This document shows positions 55,718 through 63,877 of a DNA stretch of 63,877 nt, in pieces. The notes beneath the pieces are model-generated. The model was not told the origin of the DNA. It ran no database searches and saw only the letters and a program-made list of their open reading frames with translations. This DNA comes from an uncultured Alphaproteobacteria bacterium (GTDB taxonomy: Bacteria > Pseudomonadota > Alphaproteobacteria > CAAHEQ01 > UBA3637). Location: contig CALARE010000092.1 in the NCBI GenBank assembly GCA_937888725.1, forward strand, positions 1 to 63,877, given 5' to 3'. Numbering within the stretch: the stretch's first letter is position 1; each line of letters begins with the position of its first letter. Position numbers and translations under genes: made by a program.

Positions 55718-56872
55718 TTATTCTCCCTCATTTTGAAAAATGGGTTTTACAAGAGCTTGAGGGGCTATTTTTTGGAACCCTTCTGTTACAATAATTTCAC
55801 CTGATTGCAAACCAGAAGTGATAACAACGTTAAATCCTTCAAGTTCAGAACCGCGTGTAACATCGCGTTTTTCAATACGATTTTCGCTATTTATTACATA
55901 AACATAGGTGCCAAGCATATCTTGTTGGACGGCTTTCATTGGTATAACAATTTCTTTAACAGGGGTCTGACTTTCAAGCGTTACACGTCCATATTGACCA
56001 GAAATAAGTTTATTATCAGGATTTGGAAATGAGGCTTTAATTTTGAGTGTATTCATAGCTTCATCAAGTGTTACATCAACGAAATTAATTTTCCCTAATT
56101 CAGGATAAACAAGTCCGTCAGAAGTGATAAATTGAACTTTTATAGAATCGGCTTGTTTAAAGTTTTTTTGCAAAAGGAGCATTTCATTTTCACTGACCGA
56201 AAAAACCGCATCAATTGGGTTAACTGCAACAACCTCAGCCAATACGCCTGATGATGGTCCAATTAACTCACCAACGGAATAAACAGATTCACCAATTTTG
56301 CCATCCATAGGGGCTGTAATTGTTGTGTATTCCAAGTCTTTTTTTGCTAAATCAAGTTTTGCTTCAGCTTGTCCCAAAGATGCTTGAGCAGAGGCATAAG
56401 CCGCTTCTTCTGTGTCTAATTTTGATTCGGAAACATCTTTTGTTTTATAAAGAGTTTTGGCTCGTTCATATTGAGCTTTTGTATTTTTAACTGCAGCTTT
56501 TGCTTTTGCAACATTGGCCTCAGCTTCACGAACTGTTGCCTCAAAGTTAACTGGCTCAATCACAAAAAGGGGTTGCCCTTTTTTGACAATATCACCTTCT
56601 TTAAATAAACGCTCTTGCAAAAATCCTTGAACGCGAGCTCTTAACCCAACTTTATCTTGAGCTTCAATTTTTGCAACAAAACTTGATTTTGGATAAATGT
56701 CTTTTAGTTCAACTCTGACCGCATCAACTTCAGTAGCAGGCATTTGTTGTGGTGTAACAAGCGTTGTATGGTGATACGCATAATATCCACCAATACCTAA
56801 TAGACAAAGAACCCCAAATAAAATTAATCCTTTTCTTGAATGTTTCTTCTTTTTAACTTGAGTTGCGTTCAT
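55718..56872 (-). CDS. RND efflux periplasmic adaptor (membrane fusion protein, AcrA family)
   Basis: TM anchor, lipoyl-like and alpha-hairpin segments (AEANVAKAKAAVKNTKAQYERAK...AEAKLDLAKKDLEYTTITAPMDG); ends 3 nt upstream of the permease. Confidence 0.9.
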   Translation of the reverse strand: MNATQVKKKKHSRKGLILFGVLCLLGIGGYYAYHHTTLVTPQQMPATEVDAVRVELKDIYPKSSFVAKIEAQDKVGLRARVQGFLQERLFKEGDIVKKGQPLFVIEPVNFEATVREAEANVAKAKAAVKNTKAQYERAKTLYKTKDVSESKLDTEEAAYASAQASLGQAEAKLDLAKKDLEYTTITAPMDGKIGESVYSVGELIGPSSGVLAEVVAVNPIDAVFSVSENEMLLLQKNFKQADSIKVQFITSDGLVYPELGKINFVDVTLDEAMNTLKIKASFPNPDNKLISGQYGRVTLESQTPVKEIVIPMKAVQQDMLGTYVYVINSENRIEKRDVTRGSELEGFNVVITSGLQSGEIIVTEGFQKIAPQALVKPIFQNEGE

Positions 56873-57004
56873 TAGATTTCTCCTTATTTATACAGTCGTT
56901 TAAAAATATGTAGCATTTTTTATTTGAAAAGTCTATAAGAATTTTATATCATTAAGAAAAATATTAGCTCATATAATGGTATGTAAAAAAAGGAGATTTC
57001 TGTT

Positions 57005-58084
57005 ATGTCAAAAAAAGAGCCCGTTAAGCAAAAGTCAAAATCATTAAGCGGTAATAAACTTTCTGTGACAAGAGGGTCGGCATTGATGGAGCGGGCGGCA
57101 CGCAAGTCAATGGTTTCAAAAAAGAAAAGTTCTGCTGCTAAGGCTTTTTTTGATATTAATAAGCAGGGGTTGACGCGTGTTTTTGTTGCAGGCGGGTCAC
57201 GTTCTGGCAAAGATCCGTTATATGAAGAACAGGCCTATATGTTGGGGGAGGAAATTGGTAAAAAACACTATCGTCTTGATTTTGGTTTGTCATCAAAAGG
57301 GATTATGGGTGCTGTTGCAAAAGGTGTGCTTAAAGGTTGGAGTGAAACAAAAACAAAATCAATAGATGAAAAACCTATCCATGCTGTTACAACAAAGGAA
57401 TATTTGGCTTTGTATCAAAGTGATAGTGTCATTGATGAAGTGTCAGATATTATTGTTTCCCATACATTAGAGGAGCGTAAACAACAGCTTTTGGGGGCTG
57501 ATTTTGTGATTTTTGCTCCAGGTGGTGTTGGCACATTAGATGAACTTGCTTATGATTGCGTGGCAATGCAAGATGGTTTTTTAAACTTTAAGCCATTTGT
57601 TTTGTTTAATGTGCAAGGGTTCTTTTATCACCTGCTTGAATATTTAAAGGAAATTCAAAAAGAAGGGTTTGCAAGTGCCATTCCCTTTATCGTGGCAGAT
57701 GATAGTTTTGAGGCAAGCGTTGCTTTCGATATGATAGATTTGTTTTATAAAAAAGAGATTGAAAAAAAGCCCACGCATGCTAAATCAATTTTAAATAGAT
57801 TGATTTATTTATTGCCATATGTCATTTATCGCAGGCATTTGTATCATACAGAAAGTACGAAAATGATTTTGACGAAGATGGATGAGGTGTATAAGCATGG
57901 TCTCCCAAAAGAAAAAAAACAATTAGAGGATGATATTGAAACTGCCTATTTGAATAAAGAGATTGAACGGATGTATGAGCGACTTGCTAAGGCGGGTAGG
58001 GATACCGCCTCTGTGAGTGATAAGTTGCATAAATTAAAAAGTAGATATCGCCATGGTACTCGCTTTAAAATGCCTCAGTGGTAA
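57005..58084 (+). CDS. LOG family protein (TIGR00730-type Rossmann fold; cytokinin riboside 5'-monophosphate phosphoribohydrolase-like) with N- and C-terminal extensions
   Basis: VFVAGGSRSG...GIMGAVAKG and the signature PGGVGTLDEL. At 359 aa it has ~55 extra N-terminal and ~130 extra C-terminal residues. Confidence 0.7.
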   Translation: MSKKEPVKQKSKSLSGNKLSVTRGSALMERAARKSMVSKKKSSAAKAFFDINKQGLTRVFVAGGSRSGKDPLYEEQAYMLGEEIGKKHYRLDFGLSSKGIMGAVAKGVLKGWSETKTKSIDEKPIHAVTTKEYLALYQSDSVIDEVSDIIVSHTLEERKQQLLGADFVIFAPGGVGTLDELAYDCVAMQDGFLNFKPFVLFNVQGFFYHLLEYLKEIQKEGFASAIPFIVADDSFEASVAFDMIDLFYKKEIEKKPTHAKSILNRLIYLLPYVIYRRHLYHTESTKMILTKMDEVYKHGLPKEKKQLEDDIETAYLNKEIERMYERLAKAGRDTASVSDKLHKLKSRYRHGTRFKMPQW

Positions 58085-58265
58085 TATGGATATTTGAATC
58101 TTTTTGAATACGCTTAAGATGGTGTTTTAAACACATTTACAATTATTTCAATCTCATTCGATAACACAAAAGAAATTCAAATTTTTTTGAGAGCTAAATT
58201 TGGAAAATAGTTAATGAATGATTTTTTAATTTAAGCGGTACTTGATTTTTTAGTGTAAAATTTCC

Positions 58266-58294
58266 TTGCAAACAAGAGTTATTTTTGATATGCT
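58266..58294 (+). promoter_or_regulatory. sigma70-like promoter TTGCAA-N17-TATGCT
   Basis: -35 at 58266..58271 and -10 at 58289..58294. A 7-bp inverted repeat ACAAGAG/CTCTTGT (58272..58278 / 58293..58299) brackets the spacer and the -10. Confidence 0.45.
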
Positions 58295-58300
58295 CTTGTC

Positions 58301-58537
58301 GTTGGGATGAGCCTAGTCCCAACTAGGGTGTCACAACCCGATTACACCAAGGGCAATGGTCGATTGCTATTATCATAGACCAAAGTCAAAAGGCATCCAC
58401 TTTTAAAAAGTGTTTTTATGCACATTTATAGGGTGGATGCCTACTGAATAGGAGCATTCGCTCTGAATAAGTAGGACTATCTACTTGGTGTAATAGTTGT
58501 GAACATCCACCCGCCTCATTGAGGTGGGTTTCTCTTT
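58301..58537 (+). ncRNA. Structured ~240-nt leader or ncRNA ending in an intrinsic terminator; riboswitch/attenuator-like, class not recognised
   Basis: Hand-found helices: hairpin 58301-07/58317-23; long-range P1 58331-37 + 58341-51 with 58484-94 + 58496-502 (18 bp); 58391-400/58433-42 (10 bp); 58440-45/58470-75 with inner 58452-55/58460-63. The terminator is 58509-15/58523-29 plus TTCTCTTT. An alternative 9-bp pairing 58431-39/58504-12 competes with it. Confidence 0.55.
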
Positions 58538-58570
58538 GTTATAATCTGGGATAATAAAAAGGAGTGAGAT

Positions 58571-59068
58571 ATGGGGAAAGTTTGTACATTTTTTGGACAT
58601 CGAACAATTTTAAGAACTCCTTTTTGTGTGCAACGGACGCGTGAAGTTATGATTGATTTAATTGAAAATCATGATGTAGATGTGTTTATTTTGGGTGATC
58701 ATGGGCAATATGACAATTTGTGTTTTTCAATAGCAAGAGATTTAAAGAAACAATATCCCCATATTTGTTTGCACCTTTATTTGCCTTATATAGAAAAACA
58801 CGGGGAAAATCGTATCAATGAGGGTTACGATAGTATTGAAATAACAGATATTGGGTCTAGATGTCCTTATCGATATAAATTCCCGCGTCGAAATGAAATT
58901 ATGGTTGCAAGATGTGATTTTTTTGTTTGTTATATTAAGTGGAGTTGGGGTGGTGCTTTTAATGCCCTAAAAATCGCTATGCGAAAGAAAAAACACATTA
59001 TTAATATTGCAAGGGAAGAAGGCGTTTGTACGTTTAATGAAGATGGTTCATTAAAAGATGATATTTAA
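58571..59068 (+). CDS. SLOG-superfamily protein of the DUF1273/YpsA type
   Basis: The pattern recalls YpsA-like proteins: CTFFGHRTI start, VDVFILGDHGQYDNLC, KKQYPHICLHLYLPY, RRNEIMVARCDFFVCY, GGAFNALKIA. A GGAG RBS is present. Confidence 0.55.
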   Translation: MGKVCTFFGHRTILRTPFCVQRTREVMIDLIENHDVDVFILGDHGQYDNLCFSIARDLKKQYPHICLHLYLPYIEKHGENRINEGYDSIEITDIGSRCPYRYKFPRRNEIMVARCDFFVCYIKWSWGGAFNALKIAMRKKKHIINIAREEGVCTFNEDGSLKDDI

Positions 59069-59416
59069 CCCACAGGCATTGAGTAATTCAAAAATATCAA
59101 TCGGCTTTATTAAAACCTCATCAAAACCAAGAGATAAGAGTGTTTTCTTATCATTCTCAAAAGCAAAAGCTGTGATGGCGATAAGGGGAATTTTTTTTGT
59201 TTTTTTGATGCGTTTTAAATAATAACAAAGTTCGATACCAGAGATGCGGGGTAAGCCGATATCTGTTAAAATAAGATCGGGGGTTACTTTTTTCAATAAC
59301 ATAATTGCCTCTAAGGCAGAACAAGCTTGGATAACTTTTGCCCCACCAGCGGTTAATATATCAAAAAATAAACGCCTGTTTAAAGGGTTGTCTTCTATAA
59401 GTAGAATGGTTTTCAT
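59051..59416 (-). CDS. Single-domain response regulator (CheY/DivK-like receiver)
   Basis: ILLIEDN acidic pocket, phospho-acceptor LILTDIGLP, AITA, IKP lysine; 121 aa. Its 3' end overlaps the convergent SLOG gene by 18 nt. Confidence 0.9.
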   Translation of the reverse strand: MKTILLIEDNPLNRRLFFDILTAGGAKVIQACSALEAIMLLKKVTPDLILTDIGLPRISGIELCYYLKRIKKTKKIPLIAITAFAFENDKKTLLSLGFDEVLIKPIDIFELLNACGLNIIF

Positions 59417-59500
59417 CTCTATTATTTAGGTGGTTGTTGTGTTTAATCAAGATGAATTGTAACGTCTTTGAGTGGATAGGTGTAAAGACAACAGTCTTTT

Positions 59501-59971
59501 TTATAATAGGTCTAAAGCTTTTTGCAAAATGCGAGCGGCAGCATAGGCATCGAGCACTTTTTTTTGCTTTTCTTCTCGCATACAGCGACCAGATAAATAT
59601 TCACTTGCATATTTTGAAGTATACCGCTCATCAATCAAAAAAACAGGTAATGCATATTTTTCACTCACACGATTTGAAAAAAGACGTACTTGACGAGCAA
59701 TATCCCCCTCATTCCCATCTGTCTGAAGGGGAAGCCCAACAACAATTGCTTTGACTTCTTTTGCAGGGATAATATCGTCAAGTTCTTTTAGTTGATAGAT
59801 GATTTTAAAAGGAGTTGCTATTTTTTGTGATTGATCGCAAAGGGCAAGTCCAATACGACGCATGCCATAATCAATACCAAGGATAACGCAATCCTTAGGA
59901 AAAAGTTTTTTTCCTTCCGTGAATAAAAAAACTTGTGTTTTTGTTTGGTTTTCGCTAATATTACTCATCAC
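59501..59971 (-). CDS. ruvX: Holliday junction resolvase-like nuclease RuvX (YqgF)
   Basis: ILGIDYGMRRIGLA, VVGLPLQTDGNEG, DERYTS. Confidence 0.9.
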   Translation of the reverse strand: MMSNISENQTKTQVFLFTEGKKLFPKDCVILGIDYGMRRIGLALCDQSQKIATPFKIIYQLKELDDIIPAKEVKAIVVGLPLQTDGNEGDIARQVRLFSNRVSEKYALPVFLIDERYTSKYASEYLSGRCMREEKQKKVLDAYAAARILQKALDLL

Positions 59972-59998
59972 TATTTTTATACGAGGAAATGCTTAATT

Positions 59999-60457
59999 AT
60001 GCAAGTAAAAAAAATTGTTATGGCATCAGATCATGCTGCTTGTTCGTTAAAAGCTTTTTTAAAAGAGGCACTTTTAGCCAAAGGGTATGAAATTATTGAT
60101 TGTGGAACAAATAGTTCAGAACAATCTGTTGACTATCCTGATGAGGCATATTTACTGGCAAAAGTTTTGAAAAATAATGAGGCTGATGTTGGCATTTTAC
60201 TTTGTGGTTCGGGTATTGGTATGAGTATTGCGGTGAATAGGTATGCACATATTCGTGGTGCTTTAGTACATTCGGTTGAATATGCAAAATTAGCACGCCA
60301 GCATAATGATGCAAATGTTTTGGTTCTGGGTGGGCGTTTTTTAGAGCCTGATACAGCACTTGAAATAACAAATATATTTTTAACAACAGATTTTGAAGGG
60401 GGTAGACACGCTCTGCGAGTCGCAAAATTAGGAGGTATGCCACATGATTTTAAATGA
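59999..60457 (+). CDS. rpiB: Ribose-5-phosphate isomerase B
   Basis: [38 protein letters not shown] 59999 is preferred; the track start at 59933 would overlap ruvX. Confidence 0.9.
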   Translation: MQVKKIVMASDHAACSLKAFLKEALLAKGYEIIDCGTNSSEQSVDYPDEAYLLAKVLKNNEADVGILLCGSGIGMSIAVNRYAHIRGALVHSVEYAKLARQHNDANVLVLGGRFLEPDTALEITNIFLTTDFEGGRHALRVAKLGGMPHDFK

Positions 60458-61736
60458 TTCATATATGTATTTTCATCAACCATTGGAACAAACAGATCCC
60501 GTTTTATCGCGGATGTTGACAAAAGAATTGTGGCGTCAACAAGATCATATCGAATTGATTGCCTCTGAAAATATTGTTTCAAAAGCAGTGTTAGAGGCTG
60601 CGGGTAGTGTCCTGACAAACAAATATGCAGAGGGGTACGCTTCAAAACGGTATTACCATGGTTGCGAATGTGTGGATGAGGTGGAGTTGCTTGCTATCGA
60701 ACGGGCAAAAAAGTTGTTTAATGCCTCTTATGCAAATGTACAACCACATTCTGGGTCACAAGCAAATTCAGCAGTTTATTTGGCTTTGTTAGAGCCAAAT
60801 GACACAATTTTAGGTATGAGCCTTGATGCTGGCGGACACTTAACGCATGGGTACAAAGCCTCCTCATCTGGTAAATATTATAAGAGCGTGTCTTATGGTG
60901 TAAATACTAATGGATATATTGATTATGATGCTGTTGAGCGTTTGGCTGATGAAAACAAACCCCGCCTTATCATAGCAGGTGGATCTGCTTATCCCCGTCA
61001 AATTGATTATAAAAAATTTCGTGCAATTGCTGATAAGGTTGGTGCTTATTTAATGGTTGATATGGCACATTTTGCTGGTCTTGTGGCGGGCGGTGTGCTT
61101 GAAAACCCACTCAATTACGCAGATGTTGTAACAACGACAACGCATAAGACATTGCGTGGTCCACGTGGGGGTATGATATTAACGAACAATAAGGAAATTG
61201 CAAAAAAGATTAATTCAGCTGTGTTTCCAGGCTTGCAAGGTGGTCCTTTGATGCATATTATTGCAGCTAAAGCGGTTGCTTTTGGTGAAGATTTGCAAGA
61301 CTCATTCAAAGAATATGCCAAAAATGTGGTAAATAATGCAGGCATTCTTGCTAAAACACTTAAATCAAAAGGGTACAATCTTGTTTCAGGAGGGACAGAT
61401 ACGCACTTGATTTTAATAGATTTACGCTCAAAATCGATTACTGGTGCGGCTGCTTGTGATGCTTTGGCTGAGGCTGGAATTATCTGTAATAAAAATAGTG
61501 TGCCAAATGATCCTGAAAAACCAACCGTCACATCTGGTTTGCGTGTGGGAACGCCAGCAGGAACAACAAGAGGTTTTGGTGATAAAGAATTTGAAGAAAT
61601 TGGTTTAATGATTGTGGAAGTTTTAGATGCTTTGACACAAGGTACTGAAGAAACTGAAAAAGCCATTTTATCAGTTCGTAAGAAAGTGCAAGAACTGTGT
61701 TTGAAATTTCCCATTTATGATTCAGCAAAGGTATAG
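60444..61736 (+). CDS. glyA: Serine hydroxymethyltransferase
   Basis: [33 protein letters not shown] (PLP lysine). Confidence 0.97.
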   Translation: MILNDSYMYFHQPLEQTDPVLSRMLTKELWRQQDHIELIASENIVSKAVLEAAGSVLTNKYAEGYASKRYYHGCECVDEVELLAIERAKKLFNASYANVQPHSGSQANSAVYLALLEPNDTILGMSLDAGGHLTHGYKASSSGKYYKSVSYGVNTNGYIDYDAVERLADENKPRLIIAGGSAYPRQIDYKKFRAIADKVGAYLMVDMAHFAGLVAGGVLENPLNYADVVTTTTHKTLRGPRGGMILTNNKEIAKKINSAVFPGLQGGPLMHIIAAKAVAFGEDLQDSFKEYAKNVVNNAGILAKTLKSKGYNLVSGGTDTHLILIDLRSKSITGAAACDALAEAGIICNKNSVPNDPEKPTVTSGLRVGTPAGTTRGFGDKEFEEIGLMIVEVLDALTQGTEETEKAILSVRKKVQELCLKFPIYDSAKV

Positions 61737-61738
61737 GT

Positions 61739-62197
61739 ATGAAGTGCCCTTTTTGTGGAAAAGCAGCCAGTCAAGTTAAAGATTCTCGCCCGAGCGAGGA
61801 TGGGACATCAATTCGTAGACGCAGGTGCTGTCCTGAGTGTGGGGGGCGTTTTACAACGTTTGAGTATATTCAAAGTCAAGATTTGGTTGTTGTGAAAAAA
61901 AATGATGTGCGGGTCCCTTTTGAGCGGGAAAAACTCTATCGCTCTATTCATTTGGCTTTGCGTAAGCGTGAGGTTGATGAAGAAAGGATGGATCAAATTG
62001 TGGCTAAGATTATTCAGGCACTAGAGGATAAAGGAGCTCTTGAAATTAAATCAAGTGAGATTGGCGAATTGGTGATGAATACGCTTTTAAAAATTGATAA
62101 AGTGGCATATGTACGATATGCCTCGGTATACAAAAATTTCACAACAATGGAAGATTTTAAAGAATTTGCAGCTAAATTAATGGAGGTCGATGAATGA
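61739..62197 (+). CDS. nrdR: Transcriptional repressor NrdR
   Basis: Zinc ribbon MKCPFCG...CPECGGRFTTFE followed by an ATP-cone; 152 aa. Confidence 0.95.
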   Translation: MKCPFCGKAASQVKDSRPSEDGTSIRRRRCCPECGGRFTTFEYIQSQDLVVVKKNDVRVPFEREKLYRSIHLALRKREVDEERMDQIVAKIIQALEDKGALEIKSSEIGELVMNTLLKIDKVAYVRYASVYKNFTTMEDFKEFAAKLMEVDE

Positions 62198-62673
62198 CAG
62201 ATACAAATCCAAATCAAAAATTTACAAATGCCCGTTTAATGGCGGTGCAAGCTTGTTATGCGAAAGAAATGAATGATGAAAAGTGGGATAAGATTACTTC
62301 AAGATTTTTGCTTGGTGAAATTGGTGGACAAGTAATTGAAGATGGCGTTGCAGGTCGTGAAAAATATGTCAATATTCAACCAGCTGACGCTTCTTTGTTC
62401 ACAAAACTTATTAAAGAGTATCAAGATAAAGAGGATATGATTAATGAGATTATTCGCACGAATTTGGGTGAAAAGTTAGATTTTGATAGAATGGAAATTT
62501 TGTTAAAATGTATTTTAAGAATGGGATTAACGGAGTTTTATGTAAATCCGACATTACCAAGTGCGATTATCGTTAATGAATATGTGGATATGACGCGTGC
62601 TTTTTTCAGTGGTGTTGAGGCAAAAGTTGTTAATGCATTGCTTGATAAATTTGCTAAGGTCATGCGTGGTTAA
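62194..62673 (+). CDS. nusB: Transcription antitermination factor NusB
   Basis: ARLMAVQACYAKEM start, 159 aa, ATGA overlap with nrdR. Confidence 0.85.
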   Translation: MTDTNPNQKFTNARLMAVQACYAKEMNDEKWDKITSRFLLGEIGGQVIEDGVAGREKYVNIQPADASLFTKLIKEYQDKEDMINEIIRTNLGEKLDFDRMEILLKCILRMGLTEFYVNPTLPSAIIVNEYVDMTRAFFSGVEAKVVNALLDKFAKVMRG

Positions 62674-62705
62674 ATTATACATAAATTCATTGACAAAATT
62701 AAAAT

Positions 62706-62739
62706 AAAGAGCTATATTTACAAGCTCTTTATTTTTTTT
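62706..62739 (+). terminator. Intrinsic terminator after nusB
   Basis: AAAGAGCT-ATATTTACA-AGCTCTTT followed by ATTTTTTTT. Confidence 0.8.
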
Positions 62740-62756
62740 AAGATTAAATATGAATT

Positions 62757-63410
62757 ATGCATGAATGTGTTGAAACAAAACGGCTTATCTTACATCGCCA
62801 TATTTTTGATGATGGTACTGTTTTGGCACAAATGAATAAAAAAAATTGTTGTTCATCACCGCAGGCTCTTTCTTTATTTTTAAAACATAATCAAGAGCTG
62901 ATAAGTGGTATTTTTGGTTGGTGGTTGGATGTTGCATCACCATATTCAGCGGGATGGCATATTCATGATGATGCAAGAGCTTGGCGTCATAAAGAACAGT
63001 TGCAATATTATATCTATGAAAAAGAAACGCAAAAATGTGTGGGTATTTTTTGTGCGTTAATTAAGAATAATGAAGCCTATGTTCTTGCTTGGCTTTCAAA
63101 AGAGGGGCAAAAAAAAGGGTATGCAAGTGAGGTTGCTCTTTCATTTGAAAAAGAGCTTTTTGAAACGTTAGGTGTTGATAAAATTAAATACGAATGCTTT
63201 AATTTAAATCCGTATAAAAAACGTGTTGCATCATTTTTAATAAAGATGAATTATCAAGAAGAAATAACACCAAATTCAAGTACGCTTTGGATTAAAACGA
63301 GAGATGATTATTTTAAAATTATGGGTGTTAAACCATTATTAATTAAATCAAAAAAAATAGGTGTTTCCTTTTTTAACCGATTTAAAAATATATTTGTTCG
63401 AGAAGTATAA
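62757..63410 (+). CDS. GNAT-family N-acetyltransferase-like protein (RimJ/RimL-like)
   Basis: TKRLILHR start and a QKKGYASEVALSFEKELF acetyl-CoA-loop-like segment. Weak call. Confidence 0.45.
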   Translation: MHECVETKRLILHRHIFDDGTVLAQMNKKNCCSSPQALSLFLKHNQELISGIFGWWLDVASPYSAGWHIHDDARAWRHKEQLQYYIYEKETQKCVGIFCALIKNNEAYVLAWLSKEGQKKGYASEVALSFEKELFETLGVDKIKYECFNLNPYKKRVASFLIKMNYQEEITPNSSTLWIKTRDDYFKIMGVKPLLIKSKKIGVSFFNRFKNIFVREV

Positions 63411-63494
63411 ATTTAGTAAAAAACTTTAAACAAGCCAACAAAAATAATAATTAAAAAACAATTATTATCAAAGGGTTTCTTGCAAAATATTTAT

Positions 63495-63658
63495 TGTAAA
63501 AAAAAGGACATTTAATTTTCCCATTTGTATATTTTTTTAATACAGGATAAAAAAATCAAAAAAAACACTTTTATTTCAATAAGTATTAAAAATAATTTGT
63601 AAAAATTTTTAATTCCATGATATAATTAATCTATGGGAAGATTAAATGTTCCTTTTTT
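63495..63658. repeat. Element B: diverged second copy of the inverted-repeat element seen at 82..242
   Basis: Left arm 63495..63523 is TGTAAAAAAAAGGACATTTAATTTTCCCA. Right arm 63634..63658 is TGGGAAGATTAAATGTTCCTTTTTT, an imperfect reverse complement. The left arm is ~24/29 identical to the left arm of element A. Confidence 0.75.
63597..63626 (+). promoter_or_regulatory. Extended -10 promoter TTGTAA-N18-TGa-TATAAT inside element B
   Basis: -35 at 63597..63602, TG at 63618..63619, perfect TATAAT at 63621..63626, ~55 nt upstream of the ATG at 63683. Confidence 0.55.
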
Positions 63659-63682
63659 GGGTAAAAAAGTATGGAGGCTAAT

Positions 63683-63877
63683 ATGAATACTGAATTAAAA
63701 AGAGAAGTAGAAGAATTAAGAGAAGCTTTGAGGGCAAAGGAAGAAGCATTAGCTCATCAACAAGACCTTGAACAAAAAAAACAGCAAGACGAATACAATC
63801 AAAGACGTCAACAAAGAAGAGCTGCTTATATGCGTGCGACAGGGGGTAAGGACCTGCCAAAGGAAGGTATTTATATA
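63683..63877 (+). CDS. 5' part of a coiled-coil protein running off the right edge
   Basis: GGAGG RBS at 63674..63678. MNTELKREVEELREALRAKEEALAHQQDLEQKKQQDEYNQRRQQRRAAYMRATGGKDLPKEGIYI stays open to the window end. Confidence 0.5.
   Translation, partial: MNTELKREVEELREALRAKEEALAHQQDLEQKKQQDEYNQRRQQRRAAYMRATGGKDLPKEGIYI

Noticed and set aside
58307-58378. 23-aa ORF (MSLVPTRVSQPDYTKGNGRLLLS) that could be a leader peptide for trp-type attenuation
   Set aside because: It has no Shine-Dalgarno and lies only ~6 nt from the predicted transcript start. It has no run of a regulatory codon. It ends 13 nt before segment A instead of overlapping it.
58301-58537. Tested the structured RNA against known RNAs by eye: T-box, two-piece tmRNA, RNase P, SRP RNA, 6S, cobalamin, TPP, ZTP and retron msr-msd
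   Set aside because: AGGGTGGATGCC resembles the T-box core, but the downstream gene is not an aminoacyl-tRNA or amino-acid gene. The spacing to the terminator (~60 nt with intervening helices) is also wrong for a T-box. There is no tRNA-like TTCGA/CCA end or tag ORF (tmRNA). The GGAAAGTCC-type (RNase P), GGAAGCAGCC-type (SRP), B12-box, CTGAGA (TPP) and CCGCCTGGGC (ZTP) cores are absent. No reverse transcriptase is nearby (retron). An Infernal scan is still needed.
59933-59998. Longer rpiB start from the ORF track
   Set aside because: The extension overlaps the ruvX 5' end, encodes non-conserved hydrophobic residues, and the canonical RpiB N-terminus begins at ATG 59999.
60133-60645. 170-aa minus-strand ORF over rpiB/glyA, and the 199-aa ORF at 61115..61714 over glyA
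   Set aside because: They are antisense to genes with unambiguous RpiB and GlyA motifs, and have no RBS or motif of their own.
63678-63860. 60-aa minus-strand ORF from the track
   Set aside because: The plus-strand frame has a GGAGG RBS, a perfect extended -10 promoter upstream, and stays open to the window end with a coherent coiled-coil sequence. The minus ORF is Leu-rich shadow sequence.

Overview
AT-rich bacterial chromosome segment. Spot counts of single 60-nt lines gave about 35% G+C in housekeeping genes; no full computation was done. Gene content and order suggest a host-associated alphaproteobacterium: RNase J, HdaA, a DUF721/DciA-like gene, lepB-rnc-era-recO, nrdR-nusB, and FtsZ ending in DLPAFLRR. 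This assignment is inference only. The backbone is housekeeping: dnaX, sufE, birA, rnj, tgt, lepB-rnc-era-recO, ndk, a long dcw cluster, rsmB, parE, gltX, frr, tRNA-Thr(CGU), hdaA, an AI-2E permease, a HIT protein, an RND pump, ruvX, rpiB, glyA, nrdR and nusB. The dcw cluster runs rsmH-ftsL-ftsI-murE/murF fusion-mraY-ftsW-murG-murC-murB-ddl-ftsQ-ftsA-ftsZ and has no mraZ or murD. Five accessory features stand out. (1) The main candidate for a new system is a visibly more AT-rich islet between frr and tRNA-Thr. It carries a tightly coupled three-gene minus-strand operon: a 1166-aa HEPN-like (Rx4H) + RapA-like Swi2/Snf2 ATPase, a 1062-aa sacsin-type GHKL ATPase with a C-terminal zinc ribbon, and a 54-aa acidic peptide joined by an ATGA stop/start overlap. 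There is no methylase or integrase, and I cannot match it to any named defence system. (2) There are sialyltransferase-family genes: a GT52-like gene, a GT80-like gene carrying a 10-bp poly-C tract near its 5' end (classic phase-variation architecture), and a decayed GT80 paralog. (3) A ~240-nt structured leader or ncRNA with mutually exclusive terminator/antiterminator pairings lies between a LOG-family gene and a SLOG/DUF1273 gene. (4) An A9 slippery run sits at the gamma/tau boundary of dnaX. (5) A ~165-bp element bounded by inverted repeats occurs at both ends of the window. No rRNA, CRISPR array, transposase or integrase was seen.
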